Shown here piece by piece: positions 1 to 10,303 of a stretch of 64,000 bases of DNA (position 1 is the first letter of the stretch; each line of letters starts with the position of its first letter). This DNA comes from an uncultured Chloroflexia bacterium. Its GTDB lineage: Bacteria; Chloroflexota; Anaerolineae; B4-G1; SLSP01. The position numbers were made by a program, and so were the translations under genes. The stretch covers positions 41,274 through 105,273 of the forward strand of contig CAVVUS010000044.1 of assembly GCA_963751345.1 (NCBI GenBank), given 5' to 3'. The notes below the pieces were generated by a model, which was not told where the DNA came from, did no database searches, and saw nothing but the letters and a program-made list of their open reading frames with translations.

Positions 1-741
1 AGTGCCGATCACGATCCGGCCGATTCGCTCCCGCATATCCTCCAAGCTCGTCGTGAGCGCCAGGATAGCCATCAACTCGCTGGCCACACTGATATCGAAG
101 CCGGTCTGGCGTACCGGACCGTCAGCCTTGTCGCCGAGGCCGACGATGATGCTCCGGACTGCTCGATCATTCATATCGACCACGCGATTCCAGGTCACCG
201 AGTAGGGGTCGATGTGGAGCTTGTGAAGTCCCTGCTTCTCGAAGAAGCTGTCACTCCAGCGCCCTTCGTGGTAGATACGCGCATCAATCGCCGCCGCACA
301 GAGGTTGTGCGCCACGCCGATCGCGTGGATATCACCCGTCAAGTGTAGATTGAAGTCCTGCATCGGCACGATTTGGCTATACCCGCCGCCCGCCGCCCCG
401 CCCTTGATGCCAAACGTCGGTCCCATCGAAGGCTGGCGGATGGCGGCCATCGCTTTATATCCGAGGTATCCCAGGGCCTCGGTCAGGCCGACCGTGGTCG
501 TGGTCTTGCCCTCACCCAGGGGCGTTGGCGTGATGGCGGTTACATCGATGTACTTCGCAGTGGGACGGCTCTTGAGTTTGTCCCGGACGTCGAGATGCAC
601 TTTGGCCTTGTAGTTCCCATAGAGCTCCAGGTCGCTCTCGGCAAGGCCGATCGACGCCGCGACCTCGCGGATCGGACGAATATCCGCCGCCTGCGCGATC
701 TCAATGTCCGTCGGGACGGGTTTCACTTTTCTCACGGCCAT
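1..741 (-). CDS. fhs: Formate--tetrahydrofolate ligase, 5' part (runs off the window edge)
   Basis: Not in the ORF track. The reverse complement from ATG 741 reads [28 protein letters not shown]... and contains [30 protein letters not shown] and [12 protein letters not shown]. An AGGAGG RBS lies upstream. Confidence 0.95.
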   Translation of the reverse strand, partial: MAVRKVKPVPTDIEIAQAADIRPIREVAASIGLAESDLELYGNYKAKVHLDVRDKLKSRPTAKYIDVTAITPTPLGEGKTTTTVGLTEALGYLGYKAMAAIRQPSMGPTFGIKGGAAGGGYSQIVPMQDFNLHLTGDIHAIGVAHNLCAAAIDARIYHEGRWSDSFFEKQGLHKLHIDPYSVTWNRVVDMNDRAVRSIIVGLGDKADGPVRQTGFDISVASELMAILALTTSLEDMRERIGRIVIGT

Positions 742-765
742 CGCTTCACCTCCTTACGAGTGCGA

Positions 766-1197
766 CTAGAAAGCACCGATCTGGCAACTTGCGATCTTTA
801 CGCTGAGTCGTTCCGCCACCCAGCCGATCTGCATGCGCGAAATGCCAAACTCGCTCGCGAGGCGCCACGCCTCAGCGCAGGCGAGATGCCCTTCCGATCT
901 GCTGGCCGCCACTATGGCGGCCTCCAGGCCGTCGGGTGTGTCAAGCGCCTCGACGCCGCTGGCCTGCCAGCCGTGTTTCCCCGGATAGCCGAAGAGCCCC
1001 AACTGGCACCGAGTGAACCTGACCCTCATCAGATCGGCTGTCTGTCCGACGGCTGAAGGCTTGACGCCGAGGGCCTGCGCTACGGCGAATGCGTCCGCGC
1101 AGCCAAGTTTCTCCTCTGTCAGAGCGTCGTGGATGGCCGCTGCGATGGTGGCATCCGGCGCGACGTCCGGCGGCAGCTTCTTGTCTTTGAGTGCCAT
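766..1197 (-). CDS. Hypothetical protein made of two tandem copies of a small CxxA...CQ(L/I)GxF domain
   Basis: Internal repeat LGCADAFAVA...RCQLGLF / LACAEAWRLA...SCQIGAF. GGAGG RBS. Ends 24 bp upstream of fhs. Confidence 0.8.
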   Translation of the reverse strand: MALKDKKLPPDVAPDATIAAAIHDALTEEKLGCADAFAVAQALGVKPSAVGQTADLMRVRFTRCQLGLFGYPGKHGWQASGVEALDTPDGLEAAIVAASRSEGHLACAEAWRLASEFGISRMQIGWVAERLSVKIASCQIGAF

Positions 1198-1333
1198 ATA
1201 GCCCTCCCAATCACGATTGTGGCTTCACGAACCCTGTGGTCCCCAGGATATACTCGATGGTCGCCGGGCACAAGTGACGACCTGCCGGCGGAACAACGAG
1301 CGTCTCGCGGTGCCTCGCCGTCGCACTTAGGGG

Positions 1334-1361
1334 TTGACGGACGTATCTCCGACTCTATAAT
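1334..1361 (+). promoter_or_regulatory. sigma70-type promoter of the response regulator/kinase operon
   Basis: TTGACG-16 nt-TATAAT. Confidence 0.7.
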
Positions 1362-1435
1362 TCCTGTTGGAGGCAGAGAAGGTTGTCGTTCCCACTATGT
1401 CGGTCTAGCGCCGCGAGCGCTTCGGAGGTTGCCGG

Positions 1436-2134
1436 ATGGCCAGGCACATTCTAGTCGTCGATGACGATGCCCTCCTGCGCCGCAGCCTGGCCTTCAACCT
1501 GGACAAGGCCGGATATCGCGTCAGTACAGCGAGATCAGCCGAGGATGCCTTGGCGACGTCGCAGCTCGACCCACCGGATTTGGTCCTCCTCGATATCGGA
1601 CTTCCCGGCATGGATGGTCTCGACGCCTTGCGTCGCCTCCGTCAGTACGGGGACGTCCCCGTGATCTTCCTCTCTGCACGGCGGCGCGAACTGGATCAAG
1701 TCCTCGGCCTGGAGCTGGGTGGCGACGACTATGTGACCAAACCCTTCGATGCTGACGTGCTGCTCGCACGTATCAAGGCTGTCCTTCGCAGGAGTGGGGT
1801 GGATGGCGATGTGGGCATCCAGGTGGAGCCCCTCACGGTGGGCGACCTGACCATCAACCCTGCGGCCCATACGGTTGCGGTGAACGGCACGTATGTGGAC
1901 CTCTCACCCCGCGAGTTCGATCTGCTCTATGCACTGGCCCAGGAGGCGGGTCGACCGGTTTCCGTCGACGGATTGCTTGCGCGGGTGTGGGGGGCCGAAT
2001 ACGCCGGTGAGCCACAGGTGGTCTACGTGCACGTCCGTTGGCTGCGGGAGAAACTCGAACCGGAGCCGAGTGCGCCCCGCCGTATTCTCACGGTTCGGGG
2101 TGTGGGCTACAAGCTGGTACCATATGAAGCCTAG
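1436..2134 (+). CDS. OmpR/PhoB-family response regulator
   Basis: Receiver domain (VVDDD, LLDIGLPGMDG, YVTKPF) and winged helix (LSPREFDLL, ILTVRGVGYK). Confidence 0.95.
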   Translation: MARHILVVDDDALLRRSLAFNLDKAGYRVSTARSAEDALATSQLDPPDLVLLDIGLPGMDGLDALRRLRQYGDVPVIFLSARRRELDQVLGLELGGDDYVTKPFDADVLLARIKAVLRRSGVDGDVGIQVEPLTVGDLTINPAAHTVAVNGTYVDLSPREFDLLYALAQEAGRPVSVDGLLARVWGAEYAGEPQVVYVHVRWLREKLEPEPSAPRRILTVRGVGYKLVPYEA

Positions 2135-3565
2135 GGGCGGGTGGCTGCGGTCGCTGCGGGCACGGTCCGTGCTTAGCCATATCGTGCCGATATTGGTCGT
2201 GATCCCGATCGTCGGCATCGCGCTGACGTATTTGCTGGGGACCCAAGTGCTGCTGGCGAGTCTTTCCAATGACCTGGAGCGCCAGGCCGGTTTGGTTGCT
2301 GCTGCTGCGGTGGCGTATCCGCAGGTGTGGTTCGATCAGAACGAGGCCCGGGCGTTCACGGCCCTGGTCGGCGAGCGTCTGACGGCGCAGGTAGCCCTGG
2401 TGGATCCGTCGGGCACCCTCCTGGCGACGACCGACCCAGCCGAACAGGCGCTCGTGGGTCAACAATTGCAGCTTACCGGTCTGTCGGAAGCCTTGGCTAC
2501 CGGGCAGATCGTCCGCGTGAACTACGGCGAGCAGCCCGGTACGGGCGCGGCCGAGGTATTGGTTCCGGTATTCGTCAACGGTCGGATCGCAGGCGTGATC
2601 CGGTTGACGGATCCGCTGTCGAGCGTGTACGCGCGGTTCCCGAGGACGCGCGCGCTCATCATCGGGGTCCTCGCTGCCGGACTGCTCGTAGGCGTCGGGA
2701 TTGGTTGGTTCCTGGCTCTGAGCCTGGAGCGTCCCCTGGCGCAGGCCACCCAGGCGATCACGAAGATGTCGGGCGGAGAGCCACTCACGCAGCTTCCGGA
2801 ACAGGGACCACAGGAGATCCGGCTGCTCCTTCGCGCCTTCAATACGCTGACGGGTCAACTGCGGAGCCTAGAGAAGGCGCGCCGGCGACTGCTGGCCAAC
2901 CTCGTGCACGAGATCGGCCGCCCGCTGGGCGCGTTGCTCTCCGCGGCGCAGGCGCTTCGTGGCGGTGCCGACGAGGACCCGGATCTTCGTCGCGAACTCG
3001 TCGCGGGCATGGAGGTCGAGGTCGCCCAGATGCGGCACGTGCTGGACGATCTGACCCACCTCTACGATCGTACGATAGGCCCATTGGAGCTCGAGCGCAG
3101 ACCTGTCGATCTGCGGGTCTGGCTTGCCCAGGCCATTGTGCCCTGGCGCGAGTCCGCCCAGAACAACGGTCTGACCTGGCAGGTGGCGCTTTCGCCCGAC
3201 CTTCCTGAGGTGCGGATCGATGGGGATCGGCTCGCGTCGGCGCTGGGGAACATCCTTAGCAACGCCATCAAGTTCACGCCGTCTGGCGGCGAGGTCGCGG
3301 TTTCCGCAGGTATGGAGGGTGACGAGGTTTGGGTCAGCGTCCGCGACACCGGGCCAGGCATCCCGTCTGAAGAGCTTGGTCGTATCTTCGTCCCGTTCTA
3401 CCGAGGCGCGACGGGACGCCGGTTCCCACAGGGCATGGGGCTTGGCCTGAGCATTGCGCGTGATGTGGTCAGCGCGCACGATGGTCGCATTACGGTCGAG
3501 AGCGATGTAGGGTTGGGGAGCGCCTTCACGATCTGGCTGCCTGCGCCCTCGCCGAGGTTGGTGAA
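2124..3565 (+). CDS. Membrane HAMP sensor histidine kinase (true 3' end uncertain; as sequenced the frame runs on to 3944)
   Basis: ATG 2124 overlaps the regulator stop. Two TM segments, HAMP, H-box LVHEIGRPL, N-box NILSNAIKFT, DTGPGI and GMGLGL. Homology ends at FTIWLP (~3545). Confidence 0.88.
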
Positions 3566-3623
3566 TTGGAGAGCCCTGCCACCTCGGTTCCTGCTCAACC
3601 ACCCTCATCGAGCCTCGCGGAGG

Positions 3624-3689
3624 CTTAAGGTCCTCTTAAGGTATCCTGTCACTCCTCTTAAGGACATCGCGCTCCTCCTGTGTTACGCT
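3624..3689 (+). promoter_or_regulatory. Phased CTTAAGG direct repeats (OmpR-family operator) and extended -10 upstream of htrA
   Basis: CTTAAGG at 3624, 3635 and 3657 (11 and 22 bp apart); TGtTACGCT at 3681-3689. Confidence 0.7.
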
Positions 3690-3756
3690 GATGACAACAC
3701 TGAAAGTGGGTCATCACGGGTCCGCAAGGAACCCATAGGAATACAGGAGGAACGAG

Positions 3757-5409
3757 ATGGTGAGGAAAAGACCTTTGGCGTGGATATCGTTGGTCGTGGC
3801 TTTTGCCGTGACCGCATTGACCGGCTGTGGAGCTGCCAGCCCGCTGGCTGCCCAGGTTGTCTCGGCGAATCAGCAGACGGCTCAGACTGCACAGAACGCA
3901 CCTGCCGCATCGGCGCCGGCCTCGGGATCGGCGCAGACGATTAGTTCGGGCGTCATCGCAGGCCTGGAGAGCGCGCTGGAGCAGGTCTATACAAACGTAA
4001 GCCCTTCGGTCGTCTACATTGAGGTGCGGCAGGCAGGGACGGCGGCGCAGAATCTCCCGGGCTTCCCCTTCAGCACACCCCAGAGCCCCAATGGAACTCC
4101 CCAGTACCAGTATGGCTCCGGATCGGGTTTTGTCTGGGATATGTCCGGTGACATCGTGACCAACAACCACGTTGTCAATGGTGCAGACCAGATCATGGTG
4201 ACATTCTCCGACGGCACGACGGTGCCGGCGACCGTCGTTGGCACGAACCCTGACAGCGATCTCGCCGTCATCAAGGTCGACGTGTCATCCAGCCTGCTTC
4301 ACCCCGTGACGATGGGAGACTCCACGGCGGTCAAGGTTGGCGAGGTAGCGATTGCCATCGGCAATCCTTACGGCCTGGAGAGCACGATGACCGTGGGATT
4401 CATCAGTGGGCTTGGACGCTCGCTGCCCGTGCAGTCGTCGTCGAACAGCGCCGGCCCGACGTACAGCATTCCGGATGTTATCCAGACGGATGCGCCGATC
4501 AATCCCGGCAACTCCGGTGGCGTCCTGCTCAATGACCAAGGCGAGGTCGTGGGCGTGACTGCAGCCATCGAGTCAGCGTCCGGGGCTTCGGCGGGGGTCG
4601 GTTTCGTGATCCCGTCGGCGATCGTCGAGAAGGTCGTGCCCAGCCTGATCGACCAGGGATCCTATGCCGTGCCTTATCTGGGAATCAGTGGCGCGACACT
4701 TGACACACAGCTCGCCACCGCGATGAACCTTGATCCCAATCAGCACGGTGTGCTGGTGGCGGACGTGGCGGCGGGTGGCCCAGCCGCTCTGGGTGGCCTA
4801 CTTGGCAGCACGAACACGGCTACCATCGATGGACAGCAGGTTCAGGTCGGAGGTGACGTGATCGTCGCGATCGACGGCCACAACTTGAAGACCTTCGAGG
4901 ACCTGGTCGCCTATCTCTGGGACAGCACTCAGGTGGGCCAGCAGGTGACGTTGACCGTACTGAGGAACGGTCAGAGCCAGCAGATTGACGTCACGCTCCA
5001 GGCGCGGCCCGGAGCGCAGGTGGCCACCGCCCCGCAGACAACGCAGGGTGAGACGAATCAGAGCGCCTGGCTCGGCATCACCGGGACGACGCTCTCTGCC
5101 GATATCGCGACCGCGATGGGGTTGCCCCAGAATCAGCAGGGGGTTCTGGTGAACGATATCGTGGCCGGCAGCCCGGCAGACCAGGCCGGGCTGCAGGGGG
5201 GTGGTACGACGACCACCATCGGTGGGCAGAGCGTAAGGATTGGGGGGGACGTGATCGTCGGCTGGGATAGCACGACAGTCACCGATTACACGCAGCTTCA
5301 GGGGCTTGTGGCGGCAGCACAGCCTGGGCAGACTGTCACGCTGCATATCCTGCGGAACGGATCGTCGATGACGCTTCAGGCCCAGCTTTCGGCCCGGCCG
5401 ACGTCGTAG
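3757..5409 (+). CDS. htrA: HtrA/DegP-family serine protease with two PDZ domains, lipoprotein
   Basis: Lipobox LTGC. Triad motifs TNNHVV, DLAVIK and INPGNSGG. Two GGDVI PDZ repeats. Confidence 0.93.
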   Translation: MVRKRPLAWISLVVAFAVTALTGCGAASPLAAQVVSANQQTAQTAQNAPAASAPASGSAQTISSGVIAGLESALEQVYTNVSPSVVYIEVRQAGTAAQNLPGFPFSTPQSPNGTPQYQYGSGSGFVWDMSGDIVTNNHVVNGADQIMVTFSDGTTVPATVVGTNPDSDLAVIKVDVSSSLLHPVTMGDSTAVKVGEVAIAIGNPYGLESTMTVGFISGLGRSLPVQSSSNSAGPTYSIPDVIQTDAPINPGNSGGVLLNDQGEVVGVTAAIESASGASAGVGFVIPSAIVEKVVPSLIDQGSYAVPYLGISGATLDTQLATAMNLDPNQHGVLVADVAAGGPAALGGLLGSTNTATIDGQQVQVGGDVIVAIDGHNLKTFEDLVAYLWDSTQVGQQVTLTVLRNGQSQQIDVTLQARPGAQVATAPQTTQGETNQSAWLGITGTTLSADIATAMGLPQNQQGVLVNDIVAGSPADQAGLQGGGTTTTIGGQSVRIGGDVIVGWDSTTVTDYTQLQGLVAAAQPGQTVTLHILRNGSSMTLQAQLSARPTS

Positions 5410-5433
5410 TCCATCTCGTACCTCTGTTGGACA

Positions 5434-5463
5434 CAAGCGCTCCGGGGAAACCCGGGGCGCTTG
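5434..5463 (+). terminator. Hairpin terminator after htrA
   Basis: CAAGCGCTCCGGG-gaaa-CCCGGGGCGCTTG. Confidence 0.7.
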
Positions 5464-5552
5464 TGACGTTGTGGCGACGGCTGCGTTCCGTGCTACACTG
5501 ACCTCGTCGCCATTTGGCTAACAGCGTGGTCTTAGTCGAGGGAGGGAGAGGT

Positions 5553-6020
5553 ATGTGGCAGGAGTTCAAGAAGTTCGTAGCTCGTGGCAACGTCATGGAC
5601 CTGGCAATCGGCATCGTCATAGGCAGCGCGTTCGGCGCCATCGTCCAGTCACTCGTGAAGGATATCATCATGCCGCCGATCGGTCTGCTCCTCGGCAAGG
5701 TGGACTTTTCGAGTCTCTACATCAATCTGTCGGGCCAGTCGTATCCGACCCTGGATGCTGCCCAGCAAGCGGGTGCCGCCACCATCAACTACGGCCTCTT
5801 CATCAACACGATCATCAATTTCCTGATCATCGCCTTCGCCATCTTCCTGATAGTCCAACAGGTGAACAAGCTCTCGCGGAAACCGGAAGCTGCGGCGGCA
5901 CCGACGACGAAGAAGTGCTCCTATTGCTTCACGGATATCCCGGTTGCCGCCACGCGGTGCCCGAATTGCACGTCGAAGCTGGAGGTGCCCGCCACCGATC
6001 CCGCGGGCGCAGCTGACTGA
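5553..6020 (+). CDS. mscL: Large-conductance mechanosensitive channel with C-terminal zinc ribbon
   Basis: [33 protein letters not shown], and tail CSYC...CPNC. ATG 5553 follows GGAGG. Confidence 0.95.
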   Translation: MWQEFKKFVARGNVMDLAIGIVIGSAFGAIVQSLVKDIIMPPIGLLLGKVDFSSLYINLSGQSYPTLDAAQQAGAATINYGLFINTIINFLIIAFAIFLIVQQVNKLSRKPEAAAAPTTKKCSYCFTDIPVAATRCPNCTSKLEVPATDPAGAAD

Positions 6021-6068
6021 CGGGGTCCCGGGCCGCCGAAGCGATCTGCGCCTCTGTGTAGGGGTCAG

Positions 6069-7449
6069 TCAGTCGCCCGTGCCCAGCACGCTGTTCAGGA
6101 ACCTCCTGACGAAGCCTGGCGGCTCTTCAGCGTGAACTTCGGCCGTCTGACCACTGATGGCCACGGTATAGGTGATGCCGTCATACCGGTAGTTGGCAAT
6201 CCATATGGGCACCAGCAGCAGCTTGTAGGTCTGGACGGAGAGGCTGCGCGAGAAGATCTTCAAGTCCTGTAACTTGCCCACCTCGCTCTCCGCCTGACGT
6301 TCGACGTCGGAGCGCGCGTGATCGAGTACGCGGCGGCGGGCGACCAGCGAGGCATCGGACACGGTGATTTCGTGGATCTCTGCGGGCCAGTCGGCCAAGT
6401 AGGCGGGGTCGTAGGGAACCGCCGCGCTCAGGTCGAAGCGCTCAAAGATCTCGTGCAAGGCATAGGGGACCCTATGGGTCGCGGGCACGACGACGTCGCC
6501 GACCAGCACGTAGTGGTCGCCCTCGCGAACAGCCGAACCGCCGGCAAGTTGGCGCGGCTGGCGTGCTTGCGGGCCGCCAAAGGCGGAGATCAGGCTTCCG
6601 AAGTCGTCGTGGTCGTCGGCCTCGATGCCACGCCAGCCAAGGTTGCCCATCAGGTCAAACGTCCACATCGGCAGGTAGAGCCCTCGCGCCCTGGTCAGGC
6701 TGCACCTGCCGGTCTCCCGCCTTGTGATCGAGCCAGGTACGGAACGCGCGCTGCGCCTGTGTGGCCTCGACCGCGAACGGGATCAGGCCTTCAGGTTGGA
6801 CCATCGCCGGCGAATCGACCTCGACGATGTGGCTCGATCCGCAGTAAGGGCAACGCGCTGAGAGTTCGAGCTTGGCCACGAGCGTGGCCTGGCATCCCTG
6901 GCAGCGATAGACGCGCGTCCCGGCTGGAAGCGCGTGGCCTATCGTGGTGGCGTTGGCGACCACAAAGTCATCCTCGTCGATCTGTCCGGCACCTCGAAGG
7001 GCCGACAGGGCCGGTGCACGATAGCCGCAGTAGGCGCACTCGACCACGGCCTTCGCGGGCTCGAAGCGCATCTGTCCCGCGCACTGAGGACAGATCATGC
7101 GTGTCGCTTCTACGGGCCTGGGGTCTGCAGGCGCCGTCCCGCCTGCGGGCGGCGCAACCGGCGCGTTGGGATCCACGATCTGTCCGGGATCCAACCGACC
7201 GTCCAGGATGGCGAACTCGCGGTGAGCCTCCGCGTCGGTTGGATCGATCGCCAGCACCGACTCGAGGTGATCCCGTTTCTCCTCAGGGTCCTCGGTGATA
7301 CGGCTCAGCCACAGGTGGGCCTGGGCGATCTGACCGTAATCGCCATCCAGGGTCAGTGCGCGTTCGAGATAACTGCGTCCCTCATGTAACTCCCCCGCAC
7401 GGATGGCGGCAATGCCATAGACCAGCATTCTGCGGACGGTTTCGGACAC
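6069..7449 (-). CDS. TPR + multi-CxxC zinc-ribbon protein (frameshift near 6690)
   Basis: ORFs 6655-7449 and 6069-6668 join at ...GLYLPMWTFD. N-terminal TPR-like helices; CPQC/CAYC/CQGC/CPYC; C-terminal LLVPIW..YRY...AISGQT. Confidence 0.75.
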
Positions 7450-7464
7450 GGCGGTCCTCCTTCA

Positions 7465-8697
7465 CTAGGGCTGGTAGACCACGGGATCCTGCGGGACGCC
7501 GTTGTAGCGAATCTCGAAGTGCAGGTGTGGGCCTGTCGAGTTGCCGGTGGTGCCACAGTAGCCTAGGAGTTGGCCCTGTGCCACAGCCTGTCCGAGGGCT
7601 ACGGCGTAGCTGTTGAAGTGCCCGTAGTACGTGATGAACCCGTTGCCATGATCCACCCGCACCAAATTGCCGTAGCCACCGTTCCATCCGGCGGTGATCA
7701 CCGTGCCGCCATCTGCGGCGTAGATGGGGTCGTTCAAGTGACAGCGGTAGTCGAGGCCGATGTGAGTTGGGTTGCGGGGGCCGTGGAAGGTGTAGCCCGA
7801 GACTTCGTAGGATCCCGTAGGGAGGATGAAGTATCCGTTGGCGATGGCGTTCGCGGGCGGCGACACCGGCTCCGAAGGCGGCCGGGCGGCTCCCGTGCTG
7901 AGCGACGGGACCGGGGTCGGCGGCAGTGGCGGCTCCCAATCGAAGTCGGGACCGATGCCGCCGGGGATCAGCAGCATCGTGCCTTCGGCAAGTAGCTGGC
8001 CTGGCTCGACGGTGTTCCACGTATTGTACAAGGCAGACGTGTCCACTTCATAGGTTTGGGCAATGTCGGCGGGCGTTTCGCCGGCCTGGACGGTGTGGTA
8101 GACCGCATCGACCGGTGGGATCTGCAAGGGCAGGCCGGGTTGAAGCAGCCATGGCGCGCCCTGGAGCACCTCCATGTTGGACCAGACGATAGTGTAGGGG
8201 GAGAGCTCGAACTGCTCGGCTATGCCGAAAACGGTGTCCCCTTCTTGCACCACGTACGTGATCACGTCAAGGCGCGGCCGCTTCGGCACCGTCGTGTCAG
8301 GCTTGGCCTGACGGGTGATGCCCGATGCGAGCTGCCCGGAGACCGCCCGCGGCGATTCGTAGCCGACCTCATTGCTGTTGGCCGTCGGGAGGGGTGTCTG
8401 CTCAGACGTCATTCCCGCCGGTGCGACACGAGCCTCGGGTGGTTCGAGCGCCAGTGTGGCCAGAGGCTGCAGGTTTTTCACGACGCCCACCGCCAGGGCC
8501 AGTGTAACGATGGCCAAATGGGCACTGTACCTGCCAAGGATGGCGTTGAGCCGCGGTCGCTGTGCTAACGTGTTCCGCAGTGAGGTCAGGACACACGATA
8601 TTCTGGTTGTTAGCCTGCCGGCCAAGGCAAAGGCCGTATTGAGCGGGATAAGCTTCTCACGCTCGGCAGGCTGTCCTTCAGACGCGTCGCTATTCAC
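7465..8697 (-). CDS. LysM + M23 metallopeptidase
   Basis: Two LysM repeats (YVVQEGDT, HTVQAGET). M23 motifs HIGLD, YGH and STGPHLHFE. Confidence 0.92.
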   Translation of the reverse strand: MNSDASEGQPAEREKLIPLNTAFALAGRLTTRISCVLTSLRNTLAQRPRLNAILGRYSAHLAIVTLALAVGVVKNLQPLATLALEPPEARVAPAGMTSEQTPLPTANSNEVGYESPRAVSGQLASGITRQAKPDTTVPKRPRLDVITYVVQEGDTVFGIAEQFELSPYTIVWSNMEVLQGAPWLLQPGLPLQIPPVDAVYHTVQAGETPADIAQTYEVDTSALYNTWNTVEPGQLLAEGTMLLIPGGIGPDFDWEPPLPPTPVPSLSTGAARPPSEPVSPPANAIANGYFILPTGSYEVSGYTFHGPRNPTHIGLDYRCHLNDPIYAADGGTVITAGWNGGYGNLVRVDHGNGFITYYGHFNSYAVALGQAVAQGQLLGYCGTTGNSTGPHLHFEIRYNGVPQDPVVYQP

Positions 8698-8726
8698 GGA
8701 TAATCACTCCGAACTATGGGATTACG

Positions 8727-10280
8727 CTATCGACTCAGCAGCTGCTGCGGGAGCTCAGTGAGCTCCCGGCTGCCGAATGCATAAGCGGCAATTAGAAAGG
8801 CAGTGGCGCCGACGGCAAGGCCGCCGACACTCGCGACAAGAAGCCCCGCACCTGACGTGAGGCGGCTGAACCCAAGCACCGCCAGCCCCATCACCGCCGT
8901 GACAAGCCCGGTGCGCAGCAGAGACAAGCCCAGCGCGCCGCCCTCGACACCCCCGAGGCGCCTACGCGCGATGGCCAACAGGATGATGACCTGGAGGGCG
9001 ACGCCGAGCGAGTTGCCCAGCGCCATACCCACGTGCGCCATCGGGACCAGCAGGGCCCATCCGACTGCCAGGTTGGTGATGAACCCGGCCGTGGCGGCCC
9101 AGAACGGCGTCCACATATCACGTTGGGCGTAGAAGAGCCGGCTGGTGACCTCCAGCGCACTGTGAGCCACCAATCCAATCGCGAAGGCCTGCAGCCCGCG
9201 ATAGACTCTCTCCGTCGCCGCTGCGTCGAATGCACCACGCTGCAGGAAGATCGCGGTCAAGGGTCGGCCCAAAACGACGAGCCCGACGGCAGCAGGTATC
9301 GCCAACGCGAGCACAAGCCGCAGCGCCCAGGCCGCCGTGGCGCGGAGTCCCTCACGGTCGCCGGCATTGGCGCGCTGCGAGAGGGTGGGGAAGACGGTGA
9401 GGCCCAGCGCCGTGCCGATGATGGTCTCGGGGAACTGCATGAGGCGCCAGCCATACTCATAGCTGGAGATCGCGCCCGCCGCGAGCCTGGACCCTAGGAA
9501 TGTGGGCAGCACAAAGTTGAGATAGGTGACGGCCAGTCCCATGACGCGTGGTCCCATCAGGCGAAGTACCTCCCGCAGGTCCGGGTGGCGCAGCCTGGGA
9601 TACCAACGTGCGTGATAACGTATGAGACCCGGGACAAGGATCAGGAAGTGGCCAACGGTGCCGGCGAGCCCGCCCCACGCCAGACCGTATACCCCCATGG
9701 TGGGTGCGAGAAAGAGCGCCCCGACGATGCGTCCCATCGTGTACGAGAGCGGGGCCATCGCCGGCAGCAGAAAGTGCCGGTGTGCCTGGAGTGTGCTCAT
9801 GACGATCCCGCTGACCGATGAGATGACCGTCTGAAGGAGGACGAGCCGCATGAGGTGTGTGGCGAGATCGGCGCGCACGGCATCGAATCCGGGCGCAACT
9901 GCGCGGATCACGTAGGGCGCGAAGATCGCCGCCGCCGCACTGATCCCCGACACGATGATCAGTGCCCAGTTGATGACGACGGACGCCAGGGACCAGGCGC
10001 CCTCAGGGTCGTCACGCCCACGGTCGCCGCGCTCGATGTAGGCCGACAGCACAGGGATGAGCGCCGTCGCCATCGCGAGTCCGGCGACGACGTTGAAAAG
10101 CGCGTCCGGCAGCTCAAAGGCGGCGTAGTAGGCGTCCAGGGCCGCCGAGGTGCCGAACGCCCGGCCGACGGCGGCATCGCGCACAATCCCCAGGAGCTTG
10201 TCGATCGCAAAGAAGGCAGCGACCAGCGTGGCGGAGCGTGCTACCTGGCCATTCAGCGCGCGCGACGGTGTCTGTGACAC
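8727..10280 (-). CDS. murJ: Lipid II flippase MurJ/MviN family
   Basis: Multi-pass membrane protein with LGIVRD...AFGTSAALDAYYAAFELPD, LMQFP, FLQRGAFD and RLFYA. Confidence 0.92.
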   Translation of the reverse strand: MSQTPSRALNGQVARSATLVAAFFAIDKLLGIVRDAAVGRAFGTSAALDAYYAAFELPDALFNVVAGLAMATALIPVLSAYIERGDRGRDDPEGAWSLASVVINWALIIVSGISAAAAIFAPYVIRAVAPGFDAVRADLATHLMRLVLLQTVISSVSGIVMSTLQAHRHFLLPAMAPLSYTMGRIVGALFLAPTMGVYGLAWGGLAGTVGHFLILVPGLIRYHARWYPRLRHPDLREVLRLMGPRVMGLAVTYLNFVLPTFLGSRLAAGAISSYEYGWRLMQFPETIIGTALGLTVFPTLSQRANAGDREGLRATAAWALRLVLALAIPAAVGLVVLGRPLTAIFLQRGAFDAAATERVYRGLQAFAIGLVAHSALEVTSRLFYAQRDMWTPFWAATAGFITNLAVGWALLVPMAHVGMALGNSLGVALQVIILLAIARRRLGGVEGGALGLSLLRTGLVTAVMGLAVLGFSRLTSGAGLLVASVGGLAVGATAFLIAAYAFGSRELTELPQQLLSR

Positions 10281-10303
10281 GGTATTCTTCGCGATGTCCC
10301 TGT

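Noticed and set aside
3565-3944. Long C-terminal extension of the histidine kinase overlapping htrA
   Set aside because: It runs through an operator, promoter and the htrA start; probably a lost stop caused by an indel
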